Assembly: GCA_948439995.1 (NCBI GenBank)
Contig: CAOJNP010000001.1
Location: forward strand, 394-64,393
Reading direction: 5' to 3'
DNA: 64,000 bases
DNA from: an uncultured Erysipelotrichaceae bacterium
GTDB taxonomy: Bacteria > Bacillota_I > Bacilli_A > RF39 > UBA660
A program made the position numbers and the translations under genes. The notes under the pieces were generated by a model. It did no database searches, was not told where the DNA came from, and saw only the letters and a program-made list of their open reading frames with translations. Shown in pieces: positions 9,437 to 20,177 of the stretch; position 1 is the stretch's first letter, and every line of letters begins with the position of its first letter.

Positions 9437-10628
9437 TTATATCCTCCTCTGTAATAATATCTAATGCTTGTAATCTTCCAGTACCTAAATATTCTAGCGT
9501 CGCACCACCGCCACTGGAAATATAAGAGAATTTTGATGCAAATCCTAATTTTCTTACCGCACTTGCAGAATCTCCTCCCCCTACAATCGTTTTGGCAGTA
9601 GTATGCGCTAACATATCAAAAAATTCTTTTGTACCATTTGCAAATTTTATATTTTCATAAAGTCCCATCGTACCATTTATAAATATTGTTTTGGCATTTG
9701 CTATATATTTTTCATATTTTTCTAATGTTTTCATTCCAATATCTAAAATAATATCATTGTCATTTATTTTATCGATCGTTTTATATTTTACATAAGATTC
9801 ATCAAAACTACTTCCTACAACTGCATCCAATGGTAATCCTATTTTATTTCTATTTAATAACATAACTTTTTGTAATCTTTGAATAATTCTATCATCTTGA
9901 CTCGCTAAACTTTGACCAATATTAAAATATAATGCTTTTAAACAGGTATTTGCAATTCCTCCACCACAAAGTAAAAAATCACATTTTTCAATTAATGTTT
10001 CGATTAGTTCAATTTTATCATCTACTTTTGCGCCTCCCATTACGACTACAAATGGATGATCTGGATTTAAAATTAATTTGTCTAAGTTATCTAGTTCTTT
10101 TTGCACTAAAAAACCAATACAACTTGGTATGTATTTAGCTATTCCATAATTGGAAGCATGGCATCGATGCAAAGATGCAAAAGCATCATTTACAAAAACA
10201 TCTCCTAAACTAGCCCATAACATAGCAAGTTGTGGATCATTTTTGCTTTCTAAGTGGTTAGGATAATCTGCAAATCGCGTATTTTCTAGCATCAATATTT
10301 CTTGGGGTTTTAATTGTTCAACACGAGTTACTAAATCAGAAGAAAGAATCTCTTTAGTAAAATATACTTCCGTATTTAATAAACTTTTTAAATAGTTTGC
10401 TACGGGTTCTAATGTATATTTTAATTTATCTTCTTCTGATTTTATTTTTCCTAAATGACTTAATATTACAATTTTGCAATTTTCTGCTAATAAAAATTGA
10501 ATGGTATTTAAGGTTTCTTTTATTTTTGAATCATCCATTATTTGTCCATTTTGAATCGGTACATTATAATCAACTCGAAGAACAATTCTTTTGTTTTTTA
10601 TATCCATATTTTGTATATTTTTTTTCAT
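9417..10628 (-). CDS. pgk: Phosphoglycerate kinase
   Basis: RVDYNVP N-terminus, GGGASLEYL-like C-terminal motif; start at ATG 10628 preceded by AAGGAGA. Confidence 0.9.
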   Translation of the reverse strand: MKKNIQNMDIKNKRIVLRVDYNVPIQNGQIMDDSKIKETLNTIQFLLAENCKIVILSHLGKIKSEEDKLKYTLEPVANYLKSLLNTEVYFTKEILSSDLVTRVEQLKPQEILMLENTRFADYPNHLESKNDPQLAMLWASLGDVFVNDAFASLHRCHASNYGIAKYIPSCIGFLVQKELDNLDKLILNPDHPFVVVMGGAKVDDKIELIETLIEKCDFLLCGGGIANTCLKALYFNIGQSLASQDDRIIQRLQKVMLLNRNKIGLPLDAVVGSSFDESYVKYKTIDKINDNDIILDIGMKTLEKYEKYIANAKTIFINGTMGLYENIKFANGTKEFFDMLAHTTAKTIVGGGDSASAVRKLGFASKFSYISSGGGATLEYLGTGRLQALDIITEEDIIETLDL

Positions 10629-10905
10629 ATTTATCATCTCCTTTTTATTATAACGAATTCTTGTTTTTTTATCAAAATATAATGATTCAGTTTTTCAAAA
10701 TTTTACTTTTAAAAAATTGGGTAATATTATTATAAAAACAACGAATATATCAATTAAAATAATTAAGATACGATAAAATATGACTTTAAAAGATTGCTTT
10801 TCTAGTTTTAATTGAACAAACTATAGTGATAGGTTTCGTTTAAATTTAGTTTAATATTGATTTCTTTTGCATAAAAGTTTAACTTTGTTGAATCACTTGT
10901 ATATT

Positions 10906-11910
10906 TTATTGCAACCACTTTTTTGCTGTTCTTAACATTTGAGAGGTATAACCTAATTCATTATCATACCATGCAACTATTTTTATCATTTGTTTTTCAT
11001 TTACTGTTAATACATTTGTTAATAATCCATCAATAATACAACCCACTTTTTTGCCTATAATATCACTGGAAACAATTGGATCAAAAGTTATTTTCATGAT
11101 TTCATTTTGATTTTGTATTAACAATTCATTGATTTCTTCTTTGGTTGTATTCTTTTTTAATTCTAGTGTAACATCGATCATTGAGCCATCACTTACTGGA
11201 ACACGATAAGCCATTCCATCCAATTTTCCTTTTAAGGAAGGAATTACTTCACCAATTGCTTTGGCTGCTCCTGTACTTGCTGGCACAATATTCATACTAC
11301 ATGCTCTTCCTCTTCTTGCCATATATCCTTTTTTATGAGCAATATCTAATGTTGCTTGATCATTTGTGTAAGCATGAACTGTACTCATAAAGCCTTTTTC
11401 AATGCCATAGTGTTGTTCTAATATATTTAATACTGGAGCTAAACAATTGGTTGTACAGGAAGCTGCTGAAATAACATGTTCTGTACCATCTAAAATGGAA
11501 TCATTGACTCCATATACAATGGTTTTCATATCTCCTTTTCCTGGCGCTGATATGATTACTTTTTTTGCTCCTGCTTCAATATGTTTCATAGCCCCTTTTA
11601 AATCTGTAAAATGACCTGTACATTCAAATACTAAATCAATTTTTAAATCTTTCCAAGGTAATTTTTCAGGATCTGTTTCTTTCAAAATTTTTATTTTTTT
11701 ATGTTTATTTATAATAATACAGTCGTCTTTTGCTTCAATTAAATCTTCATGAAAAGAACGATGATTGGTATCGTATTTTAATAAATAAGCTAATTCTTCT
11801 GCGGAAGATAAGTCATTAATCGCAACGATATTAAAATCCGTTCCTGTAATCATTTCTCGAAAAGCTAATCTTCCTATTCTTCCAAAACCATTTATAGCAA
11901 CATTTTTCAT
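10906..11910 (-). CDS. gap: Glyceraldehyde-3-phosphate dehydrogenase
   Basis: INGFGRIGR Rossmann motif and ASCTTNCLAP catalytic Cys signature. Confidence 0.9.
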   Translation of the reverse strand: MKNVAINGFGRIGRLAFREMITGTDFNIVAINDLSSAEELAYLLKYDTNHRSFHEDLIEAKDDCIIINKHKKIKILKETDPEKLPWKDLKIDLVFECTGHFTDLKGAMKHIEAGAKKVIISAPGKGDMKTIVYGVNDSILDGTEHVISAASCTTNCLAPVLNILEQHYGIEKGFMSTVHAYTNDQATLDIAHKKGYMARRGRACSMNIVPASTGAAKAIGEVIPSLKGKLDGMAYRVPVSDGSMIDVTLELKKNTTKEEINELLIQNQNEIMKITFDPIVSSDIIGKKVGCIIDGLLTNVLTVNEKQMIKIVAWYDNELGYTSQMLRTAKKWLQ

Positions 11911-11919
11911 TTTTTTCTC

Positions 11920-13554
11920 CTAACCAATAAATTCTCTTAAGATGGAATCATCTTTTACGTATTCACTACTAATAGGATAAAATCCTTTTAAAGAATTAAG
12001 TAATCGTCTTGCTTCTTCATAATATGGTGAATTCATGTTGACAGAATATAAAAGAGGTTCTGCATATATTTTTAACACTCCTAATTCATAGGATAAAGCA
12101 GTGTTAATAATTACATCTGCTTGATGTACATATGGGAATATATATTTTTCTTCACCCATTCTTACGACTTGCCATTCTTGAATTGTTTGATCGACTTTTC
12201 TTCCACGAGTACGATTGTCTCTTACGATTCTTCGAATCAAACGCATATCAAGTGTGGATATGTAATTATGTCGATCAATATTTAGTGGAATAAAAGGACT
12301 TAAGTAAATCTTAAATTTTGACTCTGCTTCAATAAAGGGAACTAAATCATCATTTAAACAATGAAGTCCTTCTATTAAGACAATACTATTGTGTTTTAGT
12401 TTTACTTTATGATGATTGTATTCTTTTTTTCCTGCTACAAAATTATATTCTGGAAGTTCTCTTTCTTCTCCATTTAAAAGCCCAGTTAATGTTTCATTAA
12501 ATAGTTTTAAATCAATGGCTTCTAAACATTCAAAATCAAATTCTCCATCTTCATTTTTTGGTGTATCTTTTTTATCTACAAAAAAATCGTCTGTTGATAT
12601 GGAAATCGCATCAAATCCTTTGGCCATGAGATAAGTGGCTAATCTTTTTGTAGTAGTTGTTTTTCCTGAGGAAGATGGTCCTGCAATTAATATAAATTTT
12701 ACATCTCTTCTTGAGACAATTTCATTCGCTACTTCTAATATGCTTTCATTAAAAACAAGTTCATTGGCTTCCATAAATTTTTGAATTTGATTATGACTAA
12801 TCCAATCATTCATATCAGCTAGATAAGGAACATTCATTTTTTTTAACCATTTTTTTCCCAACATAAAATTATCTATAATATTATCGTAATGAACATAATC
12901 TGGAACTTCTCCAGTTCTTATATTTGGACATACTAAGATAATTCGATTTTTCCCAATATAAACCAAATCATATTTTTTAATACATCCAGTACTATAAGGC
13001 ATAAAATTATAATAATAATTTAAGTGATCTCTTAATTTATAAAGTGTTACAACTTCATTACTAATATTTTGAATGTTTTTGGCTTTTTCTTCTTCTCCAT
13101 TGGCTGAAAAATAAAGATAAGCATCTTTTTTGATTAAATGATAAGATAGAATTCTTTCATTCGAAGATATGATTTCGGCCATTTTTCCTTTTATTTGTTT
13201 TACTTCTTCATTCGTAAAATTTTCTGGAGTTACTACTTCACTTAATATTCCTTTTGGCACACTATGGAGAAAATTAATTTCACTTTTTGGAAATAATTCT
13301 TTAACAGCTACTTCAAATATGAATTTTAAAGCCGATTGATACATTTTATAACCTGCTAAGTCGGTTACATCAAAAAAATCAATTTTCATATCACTATTAG
13401 CTTTTTGATCTAATGAATATATTTCATTATTAATTTTGACACCTAAAATATCGTGTTTTTTTCTTTTTATATCTTTACTGATCTCATAAAAAGTGGTCCC
13501 TGTTGGATATTTTTTACTTTTTTCATTTGTAAATGTTATTGTAATTTCACTCAT
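11920..13554 (-). CDS. TGS-domain (ThrRS N-terminal-like) uridine-kinase-family fusion protein
   Basis: ThrRS-like N-terminal TGS region (ITITF...GTTFYEIS) followed by P-loop kinase IAGPSSSGKTTT and uridine/PRK kinase-like C-terminal region; lies 9 bp upstream of gap. Confidence 0.6.
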   Translation of the reverse strand: MSEITITFTNEKSKKYPTGTTFYEISKDIKRKKHDILGVKINNEIYSLDQKANSDMKIDFFDVTDLAGYKMYQSALKFIFEVAVKELFPKSEINFLHSVPKGILSEVVTPENFTNEEVKQIKGKMAEIISSNERILSYHLIKKDAYLYFSANGEEEKAKNIQNISNEVVTLYKLRDHLNYYYNFMPYSTGCIKKYDLVYIGKNRIILVCPNIRTGEVPDYVHYDNIIDNFMLGKKWLKKMNVPYLADMNDWISHNQIQKFMEANELVFNESILEVANEIVSRRDVKFILIAGPSSSGKTTTTKRLATYLMAKGFDAISISTDDFFVDKKDTPKNEDGEFDFECLEAIDLKLFNETLTGLLNGEERELPEYNFVAGKKEYNHHKVKLKHNSIVLIEGLHCLNDDLVPFIEAESKFKIYLSPFIPLNIDRHNYISTLDMRLIRRIVRDNRTRGRKVDQTIQEWQVVRMGEEKYIFPYVHQADVIINTALSYELGVLKIYAEPLLYSVNMNSPYYEEARRLLNSLKGFYPISSEYVKDDSILREFIG

Positions 13555-13763
13555 AATATACCCTCTTATTCTAAAAAATATTTTAGCATATCTTTTTGTG
13601 AAATAAAAGTTTTCTCTTTTATAATTTTTAATTATTAAAATAAAGGAATTATATTAATAACATTCTGCTTTTCCTATTAAATAAAAATGTTTATTACAAA
13701 ACTTGTCAAACTTTTTTCGTATACTTTTTATGATATTTTATAATTTATTAATAGGTGAATAAT

Positions 13764-14333
13764 ATGAATATAGTTCCTACGGTTTTGGAAAAATCAAGTA
13801 ATCGTGAATATGCTTATGATTTGTATTCTAGACTTTTAAAAGATCGAATCGTCTTTTTAACTGGTGAAATTACAGATGATACTTCTAATTTAGTAGTATC
13901 AGAATTACTTTATTTAGATTCTCTAAATCATGAGGATATTTGTTTGTATATTAATAGTCCTGGTGGTAGTGTAACTGCTGGTTTTGCGATTTATGATACT
14001 ATGAATTTTATAAAAAGTAATGTTCGTACTATCGTGATTGGAATGGCTGCTAGTATGGCTGCTTTTTTACTCGCATGTGGAGAAAAAGGAATGCGCTGTG
14101 CTCTACCAAATGCAGAAATTATGATTCATCAACCTCTTGGAGGGGTACAAGGACAAGCAACAGAAATGAAAATAGCTTGCGAACGAATTTTAAAGATGAA
14201 AAAGAAACTAAATCATATTTTAGCAAAACAATCTGGACAAAATATTAAAAAAATTGAAGAAGATACAGAAAGAGATTATTTTATGGAGTCAGAAGAAGCA
14301 AAAAAATATGGATTGATAGATCAAATTCTATAA
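13764..14333 (+). CDS. clpP: ATP-dependent Clp protease proteolytic subunit
   Basis: ClpP family throughout (catalytic GMAASMAA serine region, MIHQPLGG); ATG 13764 preceded by AGGTGA. Confidence 0.9.
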   Translation: MNIVPTVLEKSSNREYAYDLYSRLLKDRIVFLTGEITDDTSNLVVSELLYLDSLNHEDICLYINSPGGSVTAGFAIYDTMNFIKSNVRTIVIGMAASMAAFLLACGEKGMRCALPNAEIMIHQPLGGVQGQATEMKIACERILKMKKKLNHILAKQSGQNIKKIEEDTERDYFMESEEAKKYGLIDQIL

Positions 14334-15260
14334 TCCATTTTTTTCTTGATGTGATTCAGCTAATTGACGCATTTTAATCAAGTGATGATTTATTCCTGAT
14401 TTTCCTATTTTATAACCAGTTTCTAAAGTGATTATTTCTGATAATTCTTGATAAGATGATTCATAATATTTTTCTCTGTATTCTAAAACAATCTTTGTTT
14501 TATCATCTAATAAATCTAACAAATCATTTTCTTTTAAATATTGAATCATCTTTTGCTGTTTTATTCCAGTTTCTGTAGTTTTTTCTTGATTTGCTATTTC
14601 ACAGTTGTTCAATCGATTTACCATATTTTTGTGATCACGATAAATTCGAATGTCTTCAAAATAAAATAAGGAATTGATCGTTTTAAAAGATTTAATAATA
14701 TCACTGATTACTTCCGCACTTTTTAAATAAACCATGTATCGATTATTTCTTTTTAATATTTTTGATGCAAAACCTAATTCATTTAATAATTTTTGTAAAA
14801 ACAAAGCATCTTTTTTTATGGTAAAAACAAATTCCATATGATATCCGCTAGTACTCGGATCACTAATCGATCCAATCACTAAAAAGGTACCTCTAACATA
14901 AGATATTTTTTCATCACGATCCAAAAGCTGATCTTCGGTTATCGTTATTTTTTTATTATTTTCTTGGATGAGCAATTTTGATAAGATTTCTTCTATTTTT
15001 TCTTTCACTTCTAAAATATAGATTTGTTTCATTCGTAATCTTTTTTGATTTCGAATTGTTATTTTTATTGGTACATTAAATAATTCTTTTAAATCGGTAT
15101 ATACTCTTCTTGCAACGGAAGCATTTTCAAAAGTTAAATTGATTAGTTCTTTTGTTATTTTAGCATCGTATCTTAAAATTGCTGATAATTCACTTTGTAT
15201 TTCAATTCGATTAATTGGATTTTTTGCTATTTCTTCTTTCATTCGTGTTGAAAAAGACAT
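14328..15260 (-). CDS. whiA: Sporulation/cell-division regulator WhiA
   Basis: 310-aa protein with LAGLIDADG-like N-domain and C-terminal HTH typical of WhiA. Confidence 0.8.
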   Translation of the reverse strand: MSFSTRMKEEIAKNPINRIEIQSELSAILRYDAKITKELINLTFENASVARRVYTDLKELFNVPIKITIRNQKRLRMKQIYILEVKEKIEEILSKLLIQENNKKITITEDQLLDRDEKISYVRGTFLVIGSISDPSTSGYHMEFVFTIKKDALFLQKLLNELGFASKILKRNNRYMVYLKSAEVISDIIKSFKTINSLFYFEDIRIYRDHKNMVNRLNNCEIANQEKTTETGIKQQKMIQYLKENDLLDLLDDKTKIVLEYREKYYESSYQELSEIITLETGYKIGKSGINHHLIKMRQLAESHQEKNGL

Positions 15261-15333
15261 TTAAATCACCTTTTATAACTATATCAAAAATTTAGAATAA
15301 AAGGAAAAAAACAATATCAATCTTATATTGTTT

Positions 15334-16533
15334 TTATCGATAATAATCATATCTTGAATAGAAACGGTATCCTTCTTGATTTGGAAATCCTGGTGGAGTG
15401 ATAACATTTGCTCGATAGATTGTTCCTGTAAACCAACCTTTTGAAACTCCAAAATGAAGATGTGGCCCAGTTGTACATTGATCGTATCCTCCATTTGATG
15501 TAGAGGTTGATCCACCTCCTACATAGCCAATAATGGTATTTTGATCAACTGTATCTCCCACGTTTACATTAAATCTCAATAAGTGATAATAGTAAGTAGT
15601 ATACTGTACTCCATTTACGACTACATCAATATAGAGCATGTTTCCACCACATTTATATTTGGAAATTTTTCCAGAAACAATCCCTGAGGCTGCCGCATAA
15701 ACAGGTGTTCCTTCAGAATTACCACCTATATCTAACGCATTGTGATAACTTCCCCATCTAGAGCCTATATTACTTGTAACATAACCTTTGGTAAGTGGTT
15801 TTAACCAAGTACTATTCGTAGCAAAATTATAACAAGTAGAAGTAACAATTGAATCATCATCTTTTCCTAAAGTAGCTAAACATTGTCTTTTGGTATTTTC
15901 ATATTTTGTTTTTGCTTGATTTAACTGTGTAGCTAAATCAGGAGCAAATTGATCATATTCTTCAATATTGTTATGTAATTGTTTAATTGCAGCTTGATAA
16001 TTTGCTATTTGTTTTTTAGAGGTTTCTTGTTTTTCTTGTAATTCTTTTTTTAAGTTTTCATTTTGCTTGATTTCATTTTCTAAATTGGTCATCGTCTCAT
16101 GAATGCTTTTTGACATTTGTTCCATTGCAGCAATTCTTGTAATCAAATCTGTCATGCTACTTGCTCCTGTTACATATTTTAAATAAGCATTTTGACTTTT
16201 CATTTCTTGTAAATATTTTAAAACATTATTTACTTCTTTGGTTAATTTTTCTATTTTTTCATTCGATTCATTGATTTGTTCTTGAGTATCTTCTTCTTCT
16301 TTTTTTGCTTTTGCTATATTTTCTTCTGCTTCACCAATTGCTTTTTCTTTTGCTGCTATCTCTTTTTTTGCTTGATCACTTTTGTTATCATTGTCTTGTT
16401 TGGCTTTTAATTTTGCTTCATAATCTTTTCTTAAACTACCTAATGTTTCTTCTTGAGCTTTCCCATTTATTGGAATAAAAAAGGAAAAGAAAACAATAAT
16501 CGTAGTAATTAAAATTCCTATTTTTTTTATCAT
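15334..16533 (-). CDS. Coiled-coil M23 (LytM) peptidase, likely FtsEX-associated
   Basis: Signal anchor, long charged coiled-coil, intact HxxxD (YHNALDIG) and HLHF motifs; start ATG overlaps ftsX stop (ATGA). Confidence 0.7.
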   Translation of the reverse strand: MIKKIGILITTIIVFFSFFIPINGKAQEETLGSLRKDYEAKLKAKQDNDNKSDQAKKEIAAKEKAIGEAEENIAKAKKEEEDTQEQINESNEKIEKLTKEVNNVLKYLQEMKSQNAYLKYVTGASSMTDLITRIAAMEQMSKSIHETMTNLENEIKQNENLKKELQEKQETSKKQIANYQAAIKQLHNNIEEYDQFAPDLATQLNQAKTKYENTKRQCLATLGKDDDSIVTSTCYNFATNSTWLKPLTKGYVTSNIGSRWGSYHNALDIGGNSEGTPVYAAASGIVSGKISKYKCGGNMLYIDVVVNGVQYTTYYYHLLRFNVNVGDTVDQNTIIGYVGGGSTSTSNGGYDQCTTGPHLHFGVSKGWFTGTIYRANVITPPGFPNQEGYRFYSRYDYYR

Positions 16534-17423
16534 ATTTTTAAATACTTCCTTACTGCTCTGTAACTTCCAAACATTCCTACAATACATCCAACTCCTAATA
16601 AGATTAAGGCTACAAAGAAAATAAAATTAAATGGTTGTACTAAGGTAATGATATTAGAAATAATGTGCCCTCCTAATTTATCATATAATATAATATATCC
16701 ATAAATTGTTACTAAAATTGGAATAATAGATCCTAATACTCCTAGTATAAATCCTTCAAAAATAAATGGTAAACGAATTGCTGTATTACTAGTTCCTACA
16801 AGTCTCATTATTTCGATTTCATTTTTTCGTGAAAAAATAGTTAATTTAATGGTATTACTGATTAAAAAAGCAGTAACTAAAATGAGAGCTATTACAATCA
16901 CAATAGTTCCTTTACTCACGATATCAAAAGCTCCTACTAGGTTTTCCACCATTCCTTCTCCATATTCAGCAGAGGAAATAAAATCGTATGATCTTACTTT
17001 TTCCGTAACACCTTTTAAGTCATTTACATCTTTTACTGTGATAATAAAAGAATCTAAAAGAGGATTTTCTTCTAAATAATCTAGGGTCGTATTTAGTGTT
17101 TCTGATTCGTTTTTCATCTCAGCTTTCCATTCTTCTTTGCTTTTAAAAACATATTTGTCTATTTCTGGAATTTGATCTAATTCTTTTTTTATGGTTCTAA
17201 TATTTGCATCTTCTGAATCTTTTTTTACATATGCAACTACGGTAAGTTCTCGCTCTAAACTGAGTGTAATTTCTTGAACATTATAAGTTAAAATAATTGC
17301 AATTGCTACTAAAATTAGCGTTATGGTAGAACATGTGATGGCAGCGATACTAAGACTAAAATTTCTTCCAACACTTTTGAAAGAGTCACGTATGCTCCTA
17401 CTAAGAATTCTTAATGCTTTCAT
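16530..17423 (-). CDS. ftsX: Cell division permease FtsX
   Basis: 4-TM FtsX-like permease with large extracellular loop, translationally coupled to ftsE. Confidence 0.8.
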   Translation of the reverse strand: MKALRILSRSIRDSFKSVGRNFSLSIAAITCSTITLILVAIAIILTYNVQEITLSLERELTVVAYVKKDSEDANIRTIKKELDQIPEIDKYVFKSKEEWKAEMKNESETLNTTLDYLEENPLLDSFIITVKDVNDLKGVTEKVRSYDFISSAEYGEGMVENLVGAFDIVSKGTIVIVIALILVTAFLISNTIKLTIFSRKNEIEIMRLVGTSNTAIRLPFIFEGFILGVLGSIIPILVTIYGYIILYDKLGGHIISNIITLVQPFNFIFFVALILLGVGCIVGMFGSYRAVRKYLKI

Positions 17424-18123
17424 GAGCTTTATAACTTCCTTTCAAATAATCTCCTGCTAGTACACCATTTTCTATCACTAACACTCTTTTTTTCATACGA
17501 TTAACAATATCTTTGTCGTGAGTTGCCATAATAATGGTTGTTCCAAGTTCTTGATTAATATTTTCTAAAATCTTCATGATTTCTTTTGATGTTTCAGGAT
17601 CTAAGTTTCCAGTAGGTTCATCACAAATCAATAATTTAGGATTGTTTACAATCGCTCTTGCTATCGCAACACGTTGTTGTTCTCCACCTGATAATTGCGT
17701 TGGAAAATTTCTTGCTTTTTCTTTTAAACCTACTTTTTCAATTGCTTTTAATACTTTTGGACGAATGGATTTGGATTCCATTCCAAGTGATTCTAATGCG
17801 AAGGCAATATTTTCGTAAACTGTTAATTTAGGCAGTAGTTTAAAATCTTGAAAAACTACTCCAATTTTTCTTCTTAATTTATATACTTTGGAATTTCTTA
17901 ATTTCGCCACGTTAATTCCACCCACAATGACGCTACCTTTTGTTGGTTTTTCTTCTCGATAAAGGGTTTTGATAAATGTTGATTTTCCACTTCCAGTGGA
18001 ACCGATTACAAAGACAAATTCTCCTTTATCAATGGTTACATTTAAATCTGCAAGTGCTGTTGTGCCATTTTTATACACTTTATAACAATTACTGACTTGT
18101 ATTAACTTCAATTTTACCACCAT
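17401..18123 (-). CDS. ftsE: Cell division ATP-binding protein FtsE
   Basis: ABC ATPase: Walker A GSTGSGKST, signature LSGGEQQR, Walker B LLICDEPT. Confidence 0.85.
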   Translation of the reverse strand: MVVKLKLIQVSNCYKVYKNGTTALADLNVTIDKGEFVFVIGSTGSGKSTFIKTLYREEKPTKGSVIVGGINVAKLRNSKVYKLRRKIGVVFQDFKLLPKLTVYENIAFALESLGMESKSIRPKVLKAIEKVGLKEKARNFPTQLSGGEQQRVAIARAIVNNPKLLICDEPTGNLDPETSKEIMKILENINQELGTTIIMATHDKDIVNRMKKRVLVIENGVLAGDYLKGSYKAHESIKNS

Positions 18124-18151
18124 CTTTAGTATTTATTATACCAAAGATCTA

Positions 18152-19057
18152 CTATCTAGAAAATGGTAAATTCGACCGGTTCACACCACCTTGCACTTCA
18201 TAGCAATCGTTTATGATAAAAAAAGCCTGCGGATCAATTGCTAATACTGCTTCTTTGAAGTAATAATAATCTCTAGTTGGAACAACACACATAATCAATT
18301 TTCCTTTTTTGGAACGATAACCACCTTCTGTATCAATTAATGTTACTCCACTTTTTAAGTCTTCAATAATAAATTTTTTGACTTTTTTTGTTTGTTCCGA
18401 ATATATAAAAAATAATTTACTATTTGATATCCCTATTAAAATTCGATCAACTAACGCACTGTTGATATATAAAATAATGATTGAATAAATCATTTTGTTT
18501 ATTCCAAAAATAAATCCACCCGCTAAAATGATTATACTATTAATGTATAGTATACTTTTTCCCTCTGGAATTCGTCCATATTTGTTTAATATTTTCATTA
18601 AAATATCACTACCGCCAGTATTAAAACCAGATTTATATATAATTCCGTTGGCAAATCCATCTATTAAACCAGCAATTAAAATTACAATTAAAAAATTGTC
18701 AAAAATAAAGTATTCTTTTAAAAAATTTGCGAGTGGAACTGTAGCTGATACCATAATTGGATATAATAAACTTCCAATTATGGCATTGGTTGTTTCTTTT
18801 TTTCCTAAAAAGAAATAGCTAATTAGAATTAAAACAATGCTAGCAATATATAAAAAAATGTTGGGATCTAATCCACATAATTTTTGTAAAAGAATGGCTA
18901 TACCACTTGTTCCTCCCACTACTAAATTATTTGGAACTAAAAATAAGTTATAAATTAATGCTAATAGTGTAACGCCAATTAATAATAAGAAAAAACGGCG
19001 AATTAAATTTTTATGAGTTACAAAATCTCTTATTTTTTTATAGTCTATCAGTTCCAT
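18152..19057 (-). CDS. YitT-family membrane protein (DUF161/DUF2179)
   Basis: Polytopic N-terminal domain plus C-terminal DUF2179-like soluble domain; paralogue at 41905-42774. Confidence 0.55.
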   Translation of the reverse strand: MELIDYKKIRDFVTHKNLIRRFFLLLIGVTLLALIYNLFLVPNNLVVGGTSGIAILLQKLCGLDPNIFLYIASIVLILISYFFLGKKETTNAIIGSLLYPIMVSATVPLANFLKEYFIFDNFLIVILIAGLIDGFANGIIYKSGFNTGGSDILMKILNKYGRIPEGKSILYINSIIILAGGFIFGINKMIYSIIILYINSALVDRILIGISNSKLFFIYSEQTKKVKKFIIEDLKSGVTLIDTEGGYRSKKGKLIMCVVPTRDYYYFKEAVLAIDPQAFFIINDCYEVQGGVNRSNLPFSR

Positions 19058-19155
19058 TGCTTTTCATCCTTTTCTTTAATTATACTGTACCATTTTTTTG
19101 AAATCAATCGCATAAATTTAATTTTGTTGTATATAGTTTAATGAGGTGAAAGTTA

Positions 19156-19521
19156 ATGAATGGTAGTTTCTATCAAAATCCTACGTTTCCAAATGCTACA
19201 AATAATTCTAATTTAAATCCAGTTACGCCACCTGGTAATATTAGTTTTCAGTCTTCTATGCCTTTGGAACAAAGTTTGATTGAAAATATTTTAAGACTTA
19301 ATAAGGGGAAAAAGGTTCGAGCATATGTTTCTTATCCAGATTCAAATGAATGGCGAGATAAAATTTATGAAGGAATTATTGAAGAGTCAGGTCGTGATCA
19401 TTTAATTATAAGTGATCCTAGTACTGGAAATTGGTATTTGATTCGAATGATTTATTTAAATTATGTTGAATTTGATGAAAAAATAAATTATAACGTAGAT
19501 TATTCTGATACATTTGATTAA
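19156..19521 (+). CDS. gerQ: Spore coat protein GerQ-like
   Basis: C-terminal region KVRAYVSYPDSNEWRDKIYEGIIEESGRDHLIISDPSTGNWYLIRMIYLNYVEF matches the conserved GerQ domain; Q/N/P-rich N-terminus. Confidence 0.6.
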   Translation: MNGSFYQNPTFPNATNNSNLNPVTPPGNISFQSSMPLEQSLIENILRLNKGKKVRAYVSYPDSNEWRDKIYEGIIEESGRDHLIISDPSTGNWYLIRMIYLNYVEFDEKINYNVDYSDTFD

Positions 19522-19539
19522 AAGGCAATATGCCTTTTT

Positions 19540-20139
19540 TTATTTATACAGATAATGAGATAACATACAATCAGTCCGTTCTGCAAATCTTACAATTCTT
19601 GCTTCTACTGTAATTGGTTTTACTAATCCTCCTTCATATTCATCCATATGACTTGCAATAATATGGAGAGCTTGCTCTCTTAATTCTGGATCAAATTGAT
19701 GATATTGATCAAATTTTTTGGAAATCAGTTCCATTCCTAAATAAGAATGTTGAAGCATTTTTGCATGTTCTGTAACAGGACATTTTAATTCTCTTTCTTC
19801 TTTCCATTCATGATATGTATATATTTTTCCTAGATCGTGAAGCGACGATCCAAATAAAACCAAATCTAAATTAATCTGATCTTTTACTTCTGATATCATT
19901 CTAAGAGCCATTTTAGTGGCACCATATAAATGACATAATAAGCCACCTTTAAAAAAATGATGATTTCCAATAATATATTCATTATTTTCATATCGATCTG
20001 GAGAACCTGCTCGATTCATGATTTCATTTTTATGTTCTAATAATAATTCTTGAGCAATTTCTTTTAAAATTGGATCTTTTATTTGTTTTATTAAATCTAA
20101 TAGTTCTTGAAACATTTGCTCTAATTTTAATTCATTCAT
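19540..20139 (-). CDS. HD-domain phosphohydrolase
   Basis: HD motif (LHDLGK) and conserved His/Asp pattern. Confidence 0.5.
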   Translation of the reverse strand: MNELKLEQMFQELLDLIKQIKDPILKEIAQELLLEHKNEIMNRAGSPDRYENNEYIIGNHHFFKGGLLCHLYGATKMALRMISEVKDQINLDLVLFGSSLHDLGKIYTYHEWKEERELKCPVTEHAKMLQHSYLGMELISKKFDQYHQFDPELREQALHIIASHMDEYEGGLVKPITVEARIVRFAERTDCMLSHYLYK

Positions 20140-20177
20140 ATTTTTACTTCAAAATTACTAAATTTTGATTCCTTTCA

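Noticed and set aside
10397-10735. 112-aa plus-strand ORF across the pgk start and gap-pgk intergenic region
   Set aside because: Phe/Leu-rich low-complexity translation of AT-rich DNA antisense to pgk; no RBS
13555-13763. CtsR operator upstream of clpP
   Set aside because: Only a single GTCAAAC heptad seen, not the tandem AGGTCAAA-NAN-AGGTCAAA repeat, so a CtsR site cannot be claimed
15279-15515. 78-aa minus-strand ORF overlapping the 3' end of the M23 peptidase gene
   Set aside because: Alternate-frame overlap of a motif-supported CDS
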